Below, piece after piece: positions 60,005-62,000 of a DNA stretch of 62,000 nucleotides (its first letter is position 1; each line of letters starts with the position of its first letter). The stretch lies in contig NW_019091402.1 of assembly GCF_001949145.1 (NCBI RefSeq), positions 2,480,001-2,542,000 of the forward strand. Reading direction: 5' to 3'. This DNA comes from Acanthaster planci. Taxonomy: Eukaryota. The notes under the pieces are model-generated. The model had not been told where the DNA came from and did no database searches. It saw only the letters and a program-made list of their open reading frames with translations. The translations under genes and the position numbers were made by a program.

Positions 60005-62000
60005 CAGACGCCTCCCCTTACGCATTACTACTGCAACTGCCCATCCCTTTAATTTGTGAGACGACGCATGTGGCAAGTAACTGACCTTACGCAAGCCTGA
60101 TTGGTTTTGTTAATCCGGATACCTGGAAGGATATTGGCCGGTTGCCGTGGTAATACAATTTGTTACAATGCTGAATTGATTTAGACATGTGTTTCTTTCC
60201 CAGATGTAGTAATTTTATGAATTTGCATTTCACCGAGCGAGCTATAAGGTGAAATCGCTAATAGCTAAGCTTTTCCGCACATATTAATAGTTTTGCTCAA
60301 ATTCATTAACGGTTAACTTAAAATTCTCCTCATCTCAAAAATTCATGACCTTTTATGTCCCATGTTCAATTTTGTCTCAAGTCTTTCAGTTTTTTTTACT
60401 TTGTTTAAACAATTTCATCCATTTCCATACTTTTGTCGTGAGAGACAATTCAATTTCGTCGTCCTCAGTTGCCGGACGTTTGATAGATGAAGCATTTTCG
60501 TTATCTTGTTACACACAATTTTCATTTAAATTCGTCACACGATCACACGCTTTCTTTGGCATATTTACATTTTCATATCCTCATTTCTACTTCAAACATA
60601 ATTACCGCATTTGTGTGTGTGTGTGTTTAAAGAAGGTCTTTAACTTTAAGTAAGCATTTTTCATATCTATTAGTTTGCAAAATTTACTTGTTTTGTGTAT
60701 CCGTTTAGTTCTTTGACAATTTTATGCGTCAACAACTGGAAGGAATAAGGTCTATAAAAAGGCAAATGGAGCTGCATACTTTCCATTTCATGCAAGAAAT
60801 AAGTAGGCCTTTAGGTATGAACAGCAAAGTGTATTCATATTTCCACATCATTCAGAAACAGTTGAGCCAGTCAGTTCTTCTTGTTCCGTAGACTAGTTCA
60901 GCGGTTCAGCCGTCAGCTTCTTGTCTTGCATTACACCGTGCCAAACACGTCTGTGCGTGGTTGTACGCAATCCAATGCATCTGGGGGAGGCATTCTTGAA
61001 ATTGATTGAACAAAGCCTCAGTTAATCCTTATATCATGTAGATAATCACTGGTTGAGTATGAGACGAATTCTATTGAAATCTGACGGTGTCAAATGGACA
61101 AATGCCAAAAAACAGATCGACCACTGATCACGTGGAATGACCGATGATTAAATTCATTGTAGCATTTGCGCGTTCAAGTCTTCTAGAGACAAAGGTGAAG
61201 TTTTGAAGTTAATTTAATTAACCGTTATCATTTTGAATGAATAGAATTTACAATGTGCGGCAAAACCTATTTGTCAAACAAAACCGAGGATGCGTCATTT
61301 CTAGCATAGGATTATAATGACCATAGTTTGGTCAAAGACGCACTTGGCCACATAAATAGTGATTTTTGGTCTTACGCAAGTTTCTTTACTGTTTTATCAT
61401 TTTCAACTGATTATGGGGGATTAAGCAGAGTTTCTTGCTAAAAGGTAGCACAATTCTGAAACGTGTCTATAGAATTTTCGAATTTCTCGCCTTCCCTGTG
61501 TTGAGGAGCTGCATTATACGCTCACCAACTCTACTATACATGGTTGCTTCACAGCGTGATGTGCTAACGTAGAGGCGAAGTGAACAAGCAAAACTTCAGG
61601 AGTCTTGCAGGGTCATTCTGAAAGACGATTAAGCCGTAGTCATTTCGTGTTCAATTTTGACTGGAGTATTTAACACTTTTCCGTCTAACACATTAACTCT
61701 AACAGTCCTCAACATAAACCATAAGGAAGTAGGGTTAATGTTAAAATACACTGAAAAAATGTAAGAAGTAAGATGTTTTTCGAAAAATAAAATAAACAAA
61801 CACGTTGGAGAATCGATAGAACTGTGCACATGCTTGGGAAGAGACGGAAAATGTTCATGCCATGACTAGCCTAAATTTCTGAATGTTTTGTGTATGCATC
61901 CTTGACGTAAAGTGTATTTCATTCCACACGTAAACAGGACTGGCTGGCCTACGTTTGCTAAAAGTACACTGAGTTCACTGCGTCCCGTCAAATCCTTTTG

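Overview
Eukaryotic (metazoan) genomic DNA. The GT-AG introns, TACATGTA-rich introns and MITE/SINE content suggest a marine invertebrate, but that is inference only. Two genes lie head-to-head. On the minus strand is the 5' end of AGBL5/CCP5 (tubulin deglutamylase; coding exons 1662-1861 and 784-955), whose remainder lies left of the N-gap or outside the window. On the plus strand is a complete 34-exon large Arf-GEF of the BIG1/BIG2 (ARFGEF1/2, Sec7) family, CDS 5180-51808. Hand-splicing gives 5490 nt / 1829 aa with consistent intron phases. Introns carry many non-autonomous DNA transposons (hAT-, Harbinger-, Kolobok- and piggyBac-like), tRNA-derived SINEs and minisatellites, and a decayed LINE 3' end lies near 59.3-60.0 kb. 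The most notable observations are: (1) the Sec7 domain has Leu and Ile at two methionines linked to brefeldin-A sensitivity; (2) an inverted copy of exon 5 plus its splice donor sits in intron 3 and could pair with the exon in the pre-mRNA; (3) five perfect AATAAA+GU-rich repeats lie in intron 24; (4) a 10-unit CCAAT-box array lies in intron 25; (5) a tandem array of tRNA-like SINE heads abuts exon 25. No prokaryotic-type system (CRISPR etc.) is evident.
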